This document shows, one piece after another, positions 24,330 through 37,700 of a stretch of 64,000 nt of DNA (its first letter is position 1; every line of letters starts with the position of its first letter). The notes beneath the pieces were generated by a model, which did not search any database, had not been told where the DNA came from, and saw only the letters and a list, made by a program, of their open reading frames with translations. The stretch covers positions 87,298,001-87,362,000 of the forward strand of contig NC_086108.1 of the NCBI RefSeq assembly GCF_963921235.1. The letters run 5' to 3'. This DNA comes from Mobula hypostoma. Lineage: Eukaryota. The position numbers were made by a program, and so were the translations under genes.

Positions 24330-25290
24330 CCAAGTTCAGATTTAATTGTCATTCAACCAGACACGTAAATACATCTAACACACACAAAATGCTGGTAGAA
24401 CACAGCAGGCCAGGCAGCATCTATAGGAAGAGGTACAGTCGATGTTTCGGGCCGAGACCCTTCATCAGGACTCACAAATACAGCTCAACCAGACTCCTAA
24501 ATAGAGCTGATCGAAACAGTTCCAAAAGTTGCAAATCACAGTACCAACAGTCACACACAGCACATGGCCACATATAGCACATGTAATTACCACAGCAGTA
24601 AAACACAGTCATATAATAATAATAAAATAATAATAGTAATAATAATATAGCCCAAGTCCATTAGTGTCATGGCCTGTAGATAGATGGTGCATGGGATGAT
24701 TGTCCTGGAGCCACGTTTCTGCAAAAACAAGTACACAGCAGTTCCTCAACACCCGCTACTCCAGTTGCAGATGAACACAATACAGCTTCTCTTCCACCAG
24801 GCGAACACTGGAGAGCAGCACCCCAAACCAGCCTGGACACCCAGCATGCCACACCGCCTCCGGCATCTTTTCTCCTAGGTGGCCGCAGCAGGTGACTCCA
24901 CAGCACCAGGACCTGGTCTGTCTGAGGCCACACAGCTCCCCTGCCATCGGCTCACAAATGAAGCAGTGAACCATATTTTCAGTATTCTACCAATATCTAA
25001 CAGGGTCTTGCAATCACAAGAAAAATGTCCAGGACAATCATTTGCACCATTTGTTAGACTGTGCACCACTTTCACATATCACCTTCAGTGCCTTCCTCCT
25101 TGGCTGACTGTAACAGGCAGAAACACGGCACACAACCAGTCCAACTCCTCCGCTGTTGAGCAACTCACTGAAGGGATAGACCTGCAGTGCCTGATGTTCT
25201 TAATATTCAGCAGTGCCCTGCGATCATGAAAAAGGCACAAAGGATGTTTGGACCCAGAGAGGCCACTATGACCCAGTGCGCCACCATCAT
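24330..25290 (-). mobile_element. Non-coding non-autonomous retroelement (Rex/Babar-like tail)
   Basis: 5' end (a)tgatggtggcgca on the minus strand resembles aagatggtggcgc at 52717 and aagatggcac at 48979. The 3' tail (aatgacaattaaatctgaac) resembles those at about 13450, 32780 and 53280. Confidence 0.45.
24378..24472 (-). mobile_element. Short PLE terminal insert carrying a hammerhead motif (24437-24472)
   Basis: Reverse complement: agtc ctgatga a gggt ctcg gccc gaaa ca tc gact. Degenerate TSD AAATACATCT / AAATACAGCT. Confidence 0.75.
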
Positions 25291-26961
25291 CCCAGAAGTA
25301 AATAGCATATGTAGCCCAAAGGCATTGTTGTCAAAAATCTGTTTTCTGCATTGTTATTGCTCCCAGTTTATTATTATTAGTTCTTTCTTTTTTTATTTGC
25401 ACATGTGGTTGTCTTCATTGATTCTATTCTGGTTACTATTCTATAGATTTATTGAGTATGCCCACTAGAAAATGATCCCCAGGGTTGTATACAGTGACAT
25501 ATATGTACTTTGATAATACATTTACTTTGTACTTTGTAACTGGACAGCCAGCTGCCTTTATTTGGTTTGCATTCTAGCTGACTGCTCTGTTCCGCTTGCC
25601 TGCCTGCTCTGGACTCTGGTAGCCCGACATTCTGACTCTGCTCGCAGAAGGATAGAGAAAAAGAAGCTAAGAAGAGGAAAGAAAGCAGAAAAGAGAGGGA
25701 AGCTGAGAGAATAAGGAAAGAGAATGATGGAAGGAGAGATTTTTTAAAAATTAACAGTGAACGCAGTAAGCAATGTAAAACAGCACAATAAATGCAATAA
25801 GCAATGTAAAACAATCAAGAAGGGATATCACTAGTGGAGAATCAAAAAGAGGAAGAAGAGAGCATAAGAAAGTTAGAATTCAGGGTCATGACTGTGACAC
25901 ACATAAAATAGCTCCACTTAGATGATCACCATGGGAACGAGATGGGGGCTGCAAGCTTTTCTCATTGCATTGTTAGTGGAGATGTCTGGGAACTCTAATT
26001 ATTGTTTCTTGAAGTGGGAAAGGCAGGGAATGCATACCCTCCACCAGGAGCACTCCAGACTTCACCTCCTGCCACTTCCCAACGTTCCACCAATCTCACT
26101 GCTAATGCAAGATCTATAAAAGCTGCATAATCAGCAGAGCAATCATCCCCTTGACACTTTCTGGTATTTTACAGGATGGAGATATAGACAATAATAAGTT
26201 ACAGGGCACAGATTCAGAACACCACTTTGAAAGACTTCAGACTTCCATATTTTCCTTTATTTCTTACCACATCCTAAAGAGACATATTAATAGGTTCTGC
26301 CATTGAGAGGGACTGAGTCAGGAAGGTGGGGGTGAGGGGTTGTTAAAAGATACATAACAGAAGATAGATTGAGGGACTGAAACTCCTGTATTCTTAGATT
26401 TATAAGGTACAACTTGTCTTTTATTATGCTATGTTCTGTTTAACCCACAATTACTGAAACAATTTTAATGCTGAAGCACAAACAATAAGGTAGAATAATT
26501 TAGTATATTTAACAACTAATGGAAGAAATTACAGTCTGTGATATTCATGTATCATTGTTTAATGTACTCTTCTGATGTCTTTCTCCTCTCATGCATGCCA
26601 TTAGCGTTAATGACTGTTGAAGTAACAGAAAGCAAATTTATCAATTAAGGAGGCATCAGACACCGTCTTCCAAAGTGCACTTCTAGAAAGCCAAGACACA
26701 TCTGTCATGAAAGAGTGAAGGATGCTAGAGTACAAATCATTGGGCCAGGCTTCCAAAGAGCGCACTACAATGAAATGATAGCAGAAAGGATCTTGATCTC
26801 TCAAATCCACATGTTAAACATTCATATACTGATAACTCAGATCAAAACTTCAGGGCCAATATGTATCATAACACCTCCATTTAATTGACCAGAACACATA
26901 GAAACAACACAAATTCCCAGCTCTTCACGAGGTAGGCCGGCCTGTGAAAACTACATGAGGA

Positions 26962-27765
26962 ATGAGAATCAGGTTTATTATCACTGACAGATGTCGTCAA
27001 ATTTATTGGTTTGTGGCAGCAAGGCAAAAAAATTATTGTAGTTTACAAAAATAAACAGAAGTGCAAAAGAGGAGGTATGAGTGTTCCTGGGTTTGTGGAC
27101 CATTCAGAAATCTGAAGGTGGAGGGGGAGAACCTGTTCCTAAAATGCTGAGTTGGTCTTCAGGCTCCTGTACCTCCTCCCAGATGATAATAACGAGAAGA
27201 GGACATGTCCCAGATGGAGAGAGTCCTTAATGATGGATGCCACACTATCAAGGCACCGCCTCTTAAAGGTGTCCTCGATGGCGGGAAGGAATGTGCCCAT
27301 GAGGGAGTTGGCCGAGTCTACTACCCTCTGTAGACTCTTTTGGTCCTGCTTATCGGAGCCTCCATACCAGGCAAAGAAGCAAGCATTACATCTGTAAAAA
27401 ATTTACAAGAAGCTTTGGTGACACAGGTAGAGCCACTGGCGTGCCTTCTTTGTGATTGCATCGATATCTTGGGCCCAGGATAGACCCTCCGAAATGTTGG
27501 CACCAGGAGCTGGAAGCTCTTCACCCTTTCCACTAATGAACCTCCAATGAGCATTGGTGTTTGTTCTCCCGAATTGCCCTTCCTAAAGTCCACAATCACT
27601 TCCTTTGGCTTGCTGACATTGTTGCAACATCACTCAACCAAGTAATCTCCTGTACACCTCCCAGCACCATCTGAGATTCTGACAACAGTGGTGTCATCAG
27701 CAAATCTTCAGATGATGTTTGAGCTGTGCCTGACCACACAGTCATGAGTACAGAGGGCTAAACAC
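26962..27765 (-). mobile_element. Rex1/Babar LINE 3' fragment
   Basis: FADDTTVV, IVDFRKG..IGGSLVERVKSF remnants and the family 3' tail. Confidence 0.75.
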
Positions 27766-28467
27766 ACATCTATTATTTATGTACAATTTTTATTGAGAAG
27801 TCCTCCCAGTTTTTCCGAAAATGGAAATATATTCAATGTGAGTGCAATGCTATGAACAAGAACACAGGAGCAGACATAAGCAGATTTTTAAATAGAAAAA
27901 GACCAATTTAGTCAAAATCTCTGTCTTTGATTTGATAGCCAGTTTTCAATTCATGGTCACATGTTCCAACACACCCCCCCCCCACCGCCCCAATACCACA
28001 AACTTTCAGCTTGTGCACCACCCATTTACAGTAAGTGACACTTAGTCCAATGTTTTGACATCTGCAGAAGTACATGAATGCACAGATGCCATAAAAAATA
28101 TTCCTTACAGCAGCATCACAGGCAGCTAAAATTAAAGGCACAAAATTCACAATGAACACAGTTTGAATATGAATTATATAAGAAAGGAGAAACAAAGGAA
28201 AACCAAGGTCCTTGTAGTGCAAAGTGGTCATAGTGTTGCTACTGTAAATGAGATAGTGATTAGCATTGTGCAAGTTGGTTCAAGAACTTTATGGTTGAAG
28301 GGAAATAGCTATTCTTTAACCTAGTGGTGTGGGACTTCAGACTTTTGTACCTCTTGCCCAATGGTAATCGAGAAAATTGCATGATGGAGTTTTGATGATA
28401 GATACTGTCTTTTTGAGTTATCTTTTGGAAATGCGAAAACACTACAGGTTTCCTCTATTGACTCCTT

Positions 28468-30760
28468 ATAAGACCGTAAGATACAAGAGCAGAATTAGGC
28501 CATTCAGCAAAACAAGTCTGCTCCAACATTTCAATATTATCCCTCTCAACCCCATTCTCCTGCCTTTTCTTTAACTTGTGATGCCCTGACAAATCAAGGA
28601 CCTAACAACATCTCCTTTAAATATACCCAATTACTTAGCATCCAGAGCCTTCTGTGGCAATGAATTTGACAGATTCACTGACCTCTGGCTAAAGAAACTT
28701 GTCCTCTTCTCTTTTCTAAATAGATATCCCTTTATTTTGAGAGTGTGCCACTGATTCTAGACTCATCCACTGTAGGAAATATCCTCTCCACACCCACTCC
28801 AGGTTTTTCAATATTCAATAGGTTTCAATGAAATCCCCACTCATTCTTCTAAACTCTAGTGACTACAGACCCTCAGCAATCAAACGCTCCTCATACATTG
28901 ACCCATTCATTCTTGGAATCATTCTCGTGAACCTCCTCTAGATCCTCCTCAATCCCAAAACATCTCTTCTTAGAAAAGGAATGCAAAACTGCTCACAATA
29001 TTCCAAGTATGGTCCAAAAAAGTCTTATAAATCCTCAGCATTACATCCTTGCTTTTATATTCTAGTCTTCTCAAAATAAATGCTAACATTGCATTTGCCT
29101 TCTTTACCACCAACGCAACCTGCAAATTAATCTTTAGGAAATTCTGCACAAGGATTCCCAAATCCTTTTGCACCTCTGAGTTTTGAATTTGCTCCCCAAT
29201 TAGGAAGTGGTCTACACCTTTATTCCTTCTACCAAAGTGCATGACCGTACACTTCCCTACACTATATTCCATCTGCCATTTCTTTGTCCATTCTCCCAAT
29301 CTGTCCATGACCTTTTTCAGACTCCCTGCTTCCCCAACACAACCTGCCTCTCCATTCATTTTCACTTCTTCCATATACTTGGATACCAACATCATAAATT
29401 CCATCTTACAAATTTTTTTGCATATAATATGAACAGAAACTGTCTCAGTGCTAACCCCACCCCTGCAGAACACCATTAGTCACAGGCAGCCAATCAGAGA
29501 AGGCCCTCTTTATTCATTCTTTTTGCCTCCTGTAAATCAGTCAATCTTCTAACCATGCTAGTATCTTTCCTATAATACCATGGGCTGTTATCTTGTTAAA
29601 CAGCATCATCTGCAGCTTCTTGTCAAAAACATTCTGTAAAACCAAGTAAACAAGATCCACTGACTCTCCTTTGTCTGTCCTGCCTGTTATTAGCTCAAAG
29701 AATTCCAACAGCTTTGTCAGGCAAGATTTCCCCTTAAGGAAAATATTCTGACCTTTGCCTATTTTGTCATATATTTCCAAGTACTCCGAAACCTCATCCT
29801 TCATAATGAACTCCAACATATTCCCAGCCACTGAGGTCAAGCTAACTGGCCTTTAATTTCCTTTCTTCCGTCTTCCTCATTCTTAAAGAGTGGAGTTACA
29901 CGTGCAATTTTCTAATCCTCCAGATCCATTCCAGAATCTAGTGACTCTTGAAAGATATTACAGATCCCTTCACAATTTCTTCAGCTGCTTCTTTCAGAAT
30001 TGTGGGGTGTAGTCTATCTGATCCAGGTGATTTATCTAACTTCAAACCTTTCAGCTTCCTGACTACCTTGTCCCTAGTGATAGCAACTACATTCATTTCT
30101 GCCCCGACACTATTGAACTTCCAGTATAGTGTCAGTGTCTTCCACAGTGAAGAGTGACAGAAAATACTTATTTAGTTTGTCTGCCATTTCCTTGTCCCCC
30201 ACTACTACCTCTCCAGAATCATTTTCCAGTGAGCCGATATCTACTCACGCTTCTCTTTTACTCTCTCTCTATATATAAAAAATACTTCTGTTATCCCCTT
30301 TTATATTATTGGCTAACTTACCTTCATATCTCACCTTTTCTTTTGTTATGGCTTTTTTTGTTAACCTCTTGATTTTTAAAAGCAACCCGAACCTCTAACT
30401 TCCCACTATTTTTTGCTATATTTTATGCCCTCTCTTTCACTTTAATGCTGTCTTTGACTTCCATCATCAGTCACAGTTGTGTCATCCTCCCATTAGAATA
30501 CTTCTTCATTTCTGGGATGCATTGCTTCTTGAAATTCCAACCATTGCCATTCTGCCAGTTTCCCTGCTCGTGTCTCTTTCCTATCAACTTTGAAAATCTC
30601 CTCTCTTATGATCTGTAATTCCCTTTACTCCACTGTAATGCTGATACACCTGACTTTAGCTTCTCCCTTTCAAACTGCAGGGTGAATTCTTTTATATTAT
30701 GATCACTGCCTCCTAAAAGCTCATTTACCTTAAGTTCCCTTATCAAATTTGGTCATATTA
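28468..30760 (-). mobile_element. CR1 LINE ORF2 pseudogene
   Basis: KGKSCLTKLLEFFE, DRLGEWTKKWQMEYSVGKCTVMHFGRRNK, KKANAMLAFI. Same family as 14036-19040. Confidence 0.88.
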
Positions 30761-31762
30761 CATCTAACTCTGTCAAACATGATTTATCTTTCCATGTTGA
30801 ATTTGCTTGATTCAGGTTGTAATGACCTGAGAATATTATACAGAACCTACACACTGAACTTCTTTCTCCAATGCAATGTTCATTCAGTGAAAGACCTGGG
30901 ATTTACAAGATGGATCTGTTCCAAAGAGCACATTTTAACTACTCTTAATCCTTTCATATTCAGAAGTCCCAACTCCTTTGAAAAAATTTGTAAGGCTTTG
31001 TGAAACAGGATGGGGGAGTAGGTTTATCTGGATTGCTCTTACATAGAGCTGATAAAGTCTCAATGATCCATATAGTCTCCCCCCATGCTCTAACTACTCC
31101 GTGATTCGGTCAAACACGTCCTCCAACTGAAAATTCCAATAACCTTTTACATCGTCCACAATCTTGTGTATCTTAGCATTACATTTCTTTTTCTAGTAGT
31201 AAAATGAATAGTGCTGATTGCAGCCACAAAGGCATCAAAACAATTTCATCCTGAGTAATTTGTTAAAAAGGAAAATTAGTAAAACTGCATGCTCACCAAC
31301 ATTTAATTCAGAATTTCCATTTTCCAGCTGAGAATTTCTATGGCTTTATGCTCCAGTAGAGGAGGCTGTAGGCACCATATCATCTTAATAATGTCACTAG
31401 CCAGTCTACAGAATGCACTTCAAAATGGTGATGAACGATTGATTTCCTGCTTTATGTACATAATTATGCTGCAATAAATATGCAACCTTACTATTTTTCC
31501 GTAACTCCAGAGTGTTGACCCTCTAAAGCAGGAAGGAAAATTCTTCTGAGGTTGAAGTTTCAAAACATTTCTTTAAACTTGAAAACAGGTTGCTCTGCAT
31601 TTTAATTTACAAAACAACAAACAAAAGCTAACACCAGCAGGAGGTACAGAATCCTGAAGTCCCATGCCACCAGGTTCAGGAACAGCTAATATTTGGAGCC
31701 AACCCTAATCCTTGAGGCATGCAATATTCCCGCCACTGTTCTAACACCTTTGTACAGGAGCA

Positions 31763-32257
31763 AGATGAAGCCACACTCAGGTTGGGGGAACAACACCTTA
31801 TATTCCATCTGGGTAGCCTCCAACCTGATGGCATGAACATTGACTTCTCAAACTTCTGCTAATGCCCCACCTCCCCCTCGTACCCCATCCGTTATTTATA
31901 TACACACATTCTTTTTCTCTCTCTTCTTTTTCTCCCTCTGTCCCTCTCACTATACCCCTTGTCCATCCTCTGGGCTTTTTCCCCCCCTCCCCCTTTTCTT
32001 TCTCCCTAGGTCTCCTGTCCCATGATCCTCTCGTATCCCTTTTGCCAATCAACTGTGCAGCTCTTGGCTCCATCCCTTCCTCTCCTGTCTTCTCCTATCA
32101 TTTTGGATCTCCCCCTCCCCCTCCCACTTTCAAATCTCTTACTAGCTCTTCTTTCAGTTAGTCCTGACGAAGGGTCTCGGCCCGAAACGTCGACTGTACC
32201 TCTTCCTAGAGATGCTGCCTGGCCTGCTGCGTTCACCAGCAACTTTGATGTGTGTTG
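31763..32257 (+). mobile_element. PLE 3' terminal fragment with intact hammerhead (32160-32195), inserted in a Rex1/Babar remnant (about 31715-32800)
   Basis: Near-identical to 16120-16617. Motif agtc ctgacga a gggt ctcg gccc gaaa cg tc gact. The flanks rejoin as ...YRSTIESVLSDCIIVWY. Confidence 0.85.
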
Positions 32258-33577
32258 CACCATTGAAAGTGTCCTGTCTGACTGCATTATTGTGTGGTAC
32301 AGAAGTTGCAAGGCATCAAACCACAAAACCCAATTGATGATGGTAGAAGCCGCCGGGAGGTTCACTGGGGTCTCCCTCCCCTCTGTATTTGTGACATTTG
32401 CTGGGAGTAATGAGCATGATGGACCCAAAGCATTGTTGAGGATCCCTACCATCCATTCCACAATATCTTTGACCCTCTGCTATCAGGAAGGAGATACAGG
32501 GTGGAAGTACAACAGCATCAGGACTAGGACTGCCAGACTGGGGAACATCTTCTTCCTCCTGCTGTGAGACTGATGAATACCCTACCACCACTGAGGTCTC
32601 ATCACGAGGACAGTAAGCTTTTTTACCTGAGCTATGTACTTCACATGCGTTTTGAATTATATTTTATTAACTTATGTGTAGTAATATTTTGTTTTATTGC
32701 TGTGTGTGATATATGATGTGTGGGCGAACCATGGTCCAGAGGAATGTTGTTTCATTTGGTTGTATACATGTACAGTCAGATGACAATAAACCTGAACTTA
32801 ATCTTGATCTCTCTCTCTGCAATGGGATGCTACAGACCACCTTTTGCGCAACTACGTGCATGTCTCTGATTATGTTTTTATTGCACTCTTGATTACACAC
32901 TTTATTTTCTTCATTATCTGGCATAATTTTTGTATCTTATGTATTGTGCGTTGTCTGAATCCACGGGCCTGCAAGGTTTTCATTCTAACTTTACCCTCCA
33001 ATACATATATATTTAACGACAAACTCGGCATGACATCCGAAGACATTTTAACAAAGAAACTCCTAAAACAGTAAAGAAAGTAAATCAGGAGCAATTAGGA
33101 TTGGAAGTAGTGAGGCAGAAGTATTTTGTTAGTGCTGAGCCAAGTAAAGGGGGTAAGTCAAAACAACCAATGATTCAGGGCAGAATATAGAAATGCAGGA
33201 TGATATAGAAGTAACATGGACTGTGTAATAGAGTAGTTGCTAAATAAGGAGTGATAGCAAAATGCAGGGAAAGTGGATGTTATCAGGCAGATTTGGATAA
33301 CAATATTCTAAACACCCTGTAAACAATATATGATGGAAAATTGGCTATGAAAGCATCAGAGAATATAATAAATCAATCATAAATCAAGTCAAGTTTAAAG
33401 TCGTATATACAAGTACATGCATGCTCAACTAGAACAAAACAAAAGTCCACTGCAGTCATTGTGCTGCTATACTGAGCTACTAATTAGAGTTGACTCAGGA
33501 ACCAGATGTTTAAAGGGAAGTAGCTGTTCTTGGATTTCACTGCGGTACAGTGAAAAGCTCCACTTGTACGCTTTCCA

Positions 33578-33860
33578 TAACACAAAAGATTCTGCAGATG
33601 CTGGGAATCCAGAGCTACACACACACACACACACACACAATCCAGGAGGAACTCAGCAAATCAGGCAGTACCTATGGAGAGAAATAGACAGTCCTCGTTT
33701 CAGGCAGAGACCCTTCATTAGGACTGGAAAAGAAGGAGGAAGAAGCCAGCATAAGGAGATGGGGAAAGGAAGGAGTACAAACTGCCAGGTGATAGGTGAA
33801 ATAAGGTGGGTGGGTGAGGGGTGAAGAAGTGAGGACCTGGGAGGTGAAGGTGGAAGTTGG
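33578..33860 (-). mobile_element. PLE terminal-repeat fragment with decayed hammerhead
   Basis: ttctgcagatgctgg..cacacacaa..gtttcaggcagagacccttcattaggact. Confidence 0.7.
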
Positions 33861-34682
33861 GTGGGTCAGGTCTTTGATTATGCTATTGTCTTACTGAGGC
33901 AGCAAGAAATGTATAGAGTCTATGGAGGGGTGGCTGGTCTCCGTGATTATCCACAGTTCTGCATTTTCTTCCAGTGATGGGCAGAACAAAGTTAAAAGTA
34001 CATTTATTATCAAAGTATGCATACTTCATACAACCGTAAGATTAGTCTCCTTACAAAACAAAGAAACCAAATACAATTATTTAAACAAAAGACCATAAGT
34101 AATGTCAGAGAGATAAAAAAGCAATCATGCAACATAATAAAAGTAAGTAATTAGCATTCAGATCTGGGGTTCACAAAGCCAGGAGTGGAGTCACTGCAGC
34201 TGATTCAGAAATCCACTAGTTGCAGGTCACAGCCTCAGTTCAGTGCAGAGCCAAGTAAATGTTGCTGAGCAGCGAGCTGAACCAGCCTGTACCTCGCCTC
34301 CAGCCCCAACTCCCTGACCACTTCAGTCCAGCCAAGCACTAAAGTTGTCCAAAGCTCAGGTTGTTCCTCGCTGTCAGATCTACACCCTGCTGCTTCAATA
34401 CCCACCGCCTCAATTCAGCCCATACCAGACCTTTGCCTTTCAGTTCAGTGCTTAAATTGTTCATCTTTCCTCACTTTTGAGCCCAGGCTCTGGCACAACT
34501 CTGCCTTGCCTCAGTTCTGCCACATCAAATTGCCTCCAAGTCCACTCCGGCAATGGCCGTACATCGGCTCATTCCCCGCTCATGCTGCAACCGTCCTGCT
34601 TCTCCGACACTTCAGTCACACCGCAACACTGCCATGTCATACAGGCAGTTCATAAACTCAACTACAACGGTGGAGTTAGAGC

Positions 34683-34775
34683 CAACACACACAAAATGCT
34701 AGAGGAACTCAGCAGGCCAGGCAGCATCCATGGAAAAGAGTACAGTCGATGTTTCAGGCTGCGAATCGTCATCAG
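34683..34775 (-). mobile_element. Short PLE terminal fragment
   Basis: caacacacacaaaatgctagaggaactcagcaggccaggcagcatc..cagtcgatgtttcagg..tcatcag. Confidence 0.7.
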
Positions 34776-37700
34776 ATTTTCTCTTGTTTGTGAGAGAAGT
34801 AACAGGTTATTGTTTGCATTAATCGTTTACCACAAAAGAAGTATGATTATTAAAGTATTTAGTTGTTTTCTTTGTTCTATTGGCCACTGCCAAAGCACTC
34901 TATAGTTTGATCACATTTCTACTACTTTGTGGCCTATTATTCCATTTCACTGCATTTCTATCTCGTTCAAAAGGGTCTCTTGCTTAATTAAAAAGAAATC
35001 TCTCAACGCCTTTGTAAATGCACAAGGAAGTTTATATCAAAGCACTTACAGTATTTCAATGCAGAAGTCCATTTGACCTATCTGGTCCATGCTTGCTCAC
35101 AGTGGGACAATCCCATCAGCCCATTCTCTTTTTCCTGCACCTTAACCACCTACTCTTGCTCACATATCCATCACGTTCATCTTGATTCTCCCAACACTCA
35201 CCTATGCTGGAGGTAACTTGCGTAGTCAATTAGGCTACTAATCAGCATAGTATTGGCACATCCAAGGAACATAACCATGCAGAAAAGCCTATAGATCACA
35301 GGGAGAATATGCAAACTGCATATGAACAGCACCTGAGGACAGTATCAAAACTGGGTTCCTGGAACTCTGAGGCATCCATTACTTATAAACATCTATATCA
35401 ATAGCTCACAGTGTAATTTCAATGTAATAGTCTCAGCAATTTACCTGTTTTGAACATTTCTGAAGATTTATGACAGTCTTTTTTTTTCCCAATGTCAGCT
35501 TCTGAATCGTGTCACATATTTATCTTGAAGCCAACATTTTTCATGAGCAGCAATAAAGAATGCAATTCCATTTTATTAACTGAATTGTAAGTGGCTTGTT
35601 AAACGTTTCTTCCATTCTGCAGCATGGCAAGATGCTAACTGTTTGAGCTATAGTCTCAATTTTTCAGACTTCTCCGCATTCCCTCAGAGACTGCCCAGTC
35701 ACTTAAAGAGGCAACTCTAGATGAACTTCCAGCTCAGTTACATTGGGAATGCAGTGCCTGGCATGGTAAACTGCTTTTTAATTAATGTGGCAGCTTTGGC
35801 TGTGATCTTTTGCAGCAACACAGCGAGGACAGCTGAGCTGAGCATAGATCTCATCTCCAAGTTCCAGAGAGGGCTCACTGACGATTTAGAACCATCGCTG
35901 TAGTGAATTGCATGAAGCTCCCTGCAGTGCAGTAAGGGTGGAAATGTGGCCGTGGGCAAGTCTGAGTGCCAGATGCAGTAACACAGTATATTTATGCCCT
36001 AGAAAAAGTAGGACTTTATTCCCTGAAGCCTAGGAGAATGAGGAAAGATTTGATAAAAGTATAACAGAATTATGAGGGGCAAAGATAGGGTAAGTGCAAT
36101 AAATTTGGATAGGTACAGGGATGGGAGAGATATGGTCCATATGCAGGTCAACGGGACTAAGCAGATTAACAGTTCGCACAGACTAAGTGGGCTCTATGAC
36201 TCTAAATACGCTTATATAGAACAGACTTATGTTTAGGAAGTCTTTCCCAGAAATTGGGAATGTTGAATACTGATAAGGATTGAGCTGTACAATGGCTGCT
36301 CAGTGGTAATACCAGTTTTTGGAACAGCAGGGGCCTGAATCGAAGCAACAAACTATGACTGAACTTTCTTCTACTTACTATAGGTAGGTGTTGGCGTAAG
36401 TTTAGAAGCCGAGAATAGCACCTCTCACAACCTCTTTTGTACATTCCAGAGCACTTTAGAGTTAATGAAATGTTTTCACATTAGTAGCATAGTCAATGGC
36501 AGAACACTTTCACACAATAAGCTCCAACAAACAACCATACTGAGATAATTTGTTTTAGTCATGCTGAGTAAAGGATAAACATTGGCCAAGACACCAGTGT
36601 TAACTTTCCTGTTCATCTTTGAAATATTGCCTTAGGATCTAAGACTTTAGAAGGATATCAACGGATCAAAACCCTCGGTGTGTTTGCAAGCACAGGAGTG
36701 ATGGTTGAGGGGCAATTAGATAAGTCTCAATACTAGCACATGGACTGTGAGGATTTATATAAAATAAAAAACAGGAATAGCAGTAGGTCTTTCAGCCCTC
36801 GAAGCCTGCTCCCCCATTCACCAATATATGGCATCTCAACACCATTTTCCTGCCTTATTGCCGCATTCATTGTTTCTTTAAAAATCTAGAAATCTATTGA
36901 TCTCTGTTCTGAATGCATTTAATGGCTAAGCCTCAAAAACCCTTTGGGGCAGAGAATTCCAAAGATTCTCTACCTCTTAGTGAAGAGATTTTCCTCATCT
37001 GAAATGGCCTTCCCTTTACTTAGAGACTCTGAACCCCATTAATGGACCTTTGTGACTGCGCACCACAGTTCGAGTAGTTTTGGAAGAACACATCTGTGCT
37101 CGCACTTACTTAGCATGATTGCGCTGGGCTGGGCCCCCATCCCGTGAGCCAGGTTGTATGCAGGCAGCAGAGTTTTGCATGGCGTTAAAGCAAGAAAAAG
37201 GAAGGTTGACCAGGAGAGCATCGGCCTGGTCATGTCCAGAGATGGACGGAAGTAATGTTTGTGATGGAGAGGATTTGTGGTCAGATCAGGTCAGTATCAA
37301 ATCAGATACCAAGTCTGTGCTCTCTCTGGTTTAATCTTACAAAGTTTCCAAACAGGATGGTGGAGTTGGTGGCTAGGAGAGTGGTGCTTCTGATGTAGAA
37401 CAAAAACAATGACTTCCGTCAGTAGTAATTTTTGTTGTTACCAATTCTGGATGCTAGACAGGCTGTGTAACAAATCAGTTGCTAGATTAACCCTGCTATC
37501 TTACAGACTCGATGTGTGATCCACCACATTTAAAGTAATTATTATTGTTACTAAATGCTCTTCACTACATTACAGAATCATTAGGACATTAAAAATGTAT
37601 CCTCAATCAATTTAGGAGGACATTTTCCTTCTGATTGGTTATTAGTATTCAAAGCTATGCCTGATCCAAGCCTAGAGACCGCATGCAGTAATGGTGGCAT

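Noticed and set aside
37038..37334. TTAA-flanked segment as a piggyBac element
   Set aside because: No terminal inverted repeats, and TTAA is common in this DNA.
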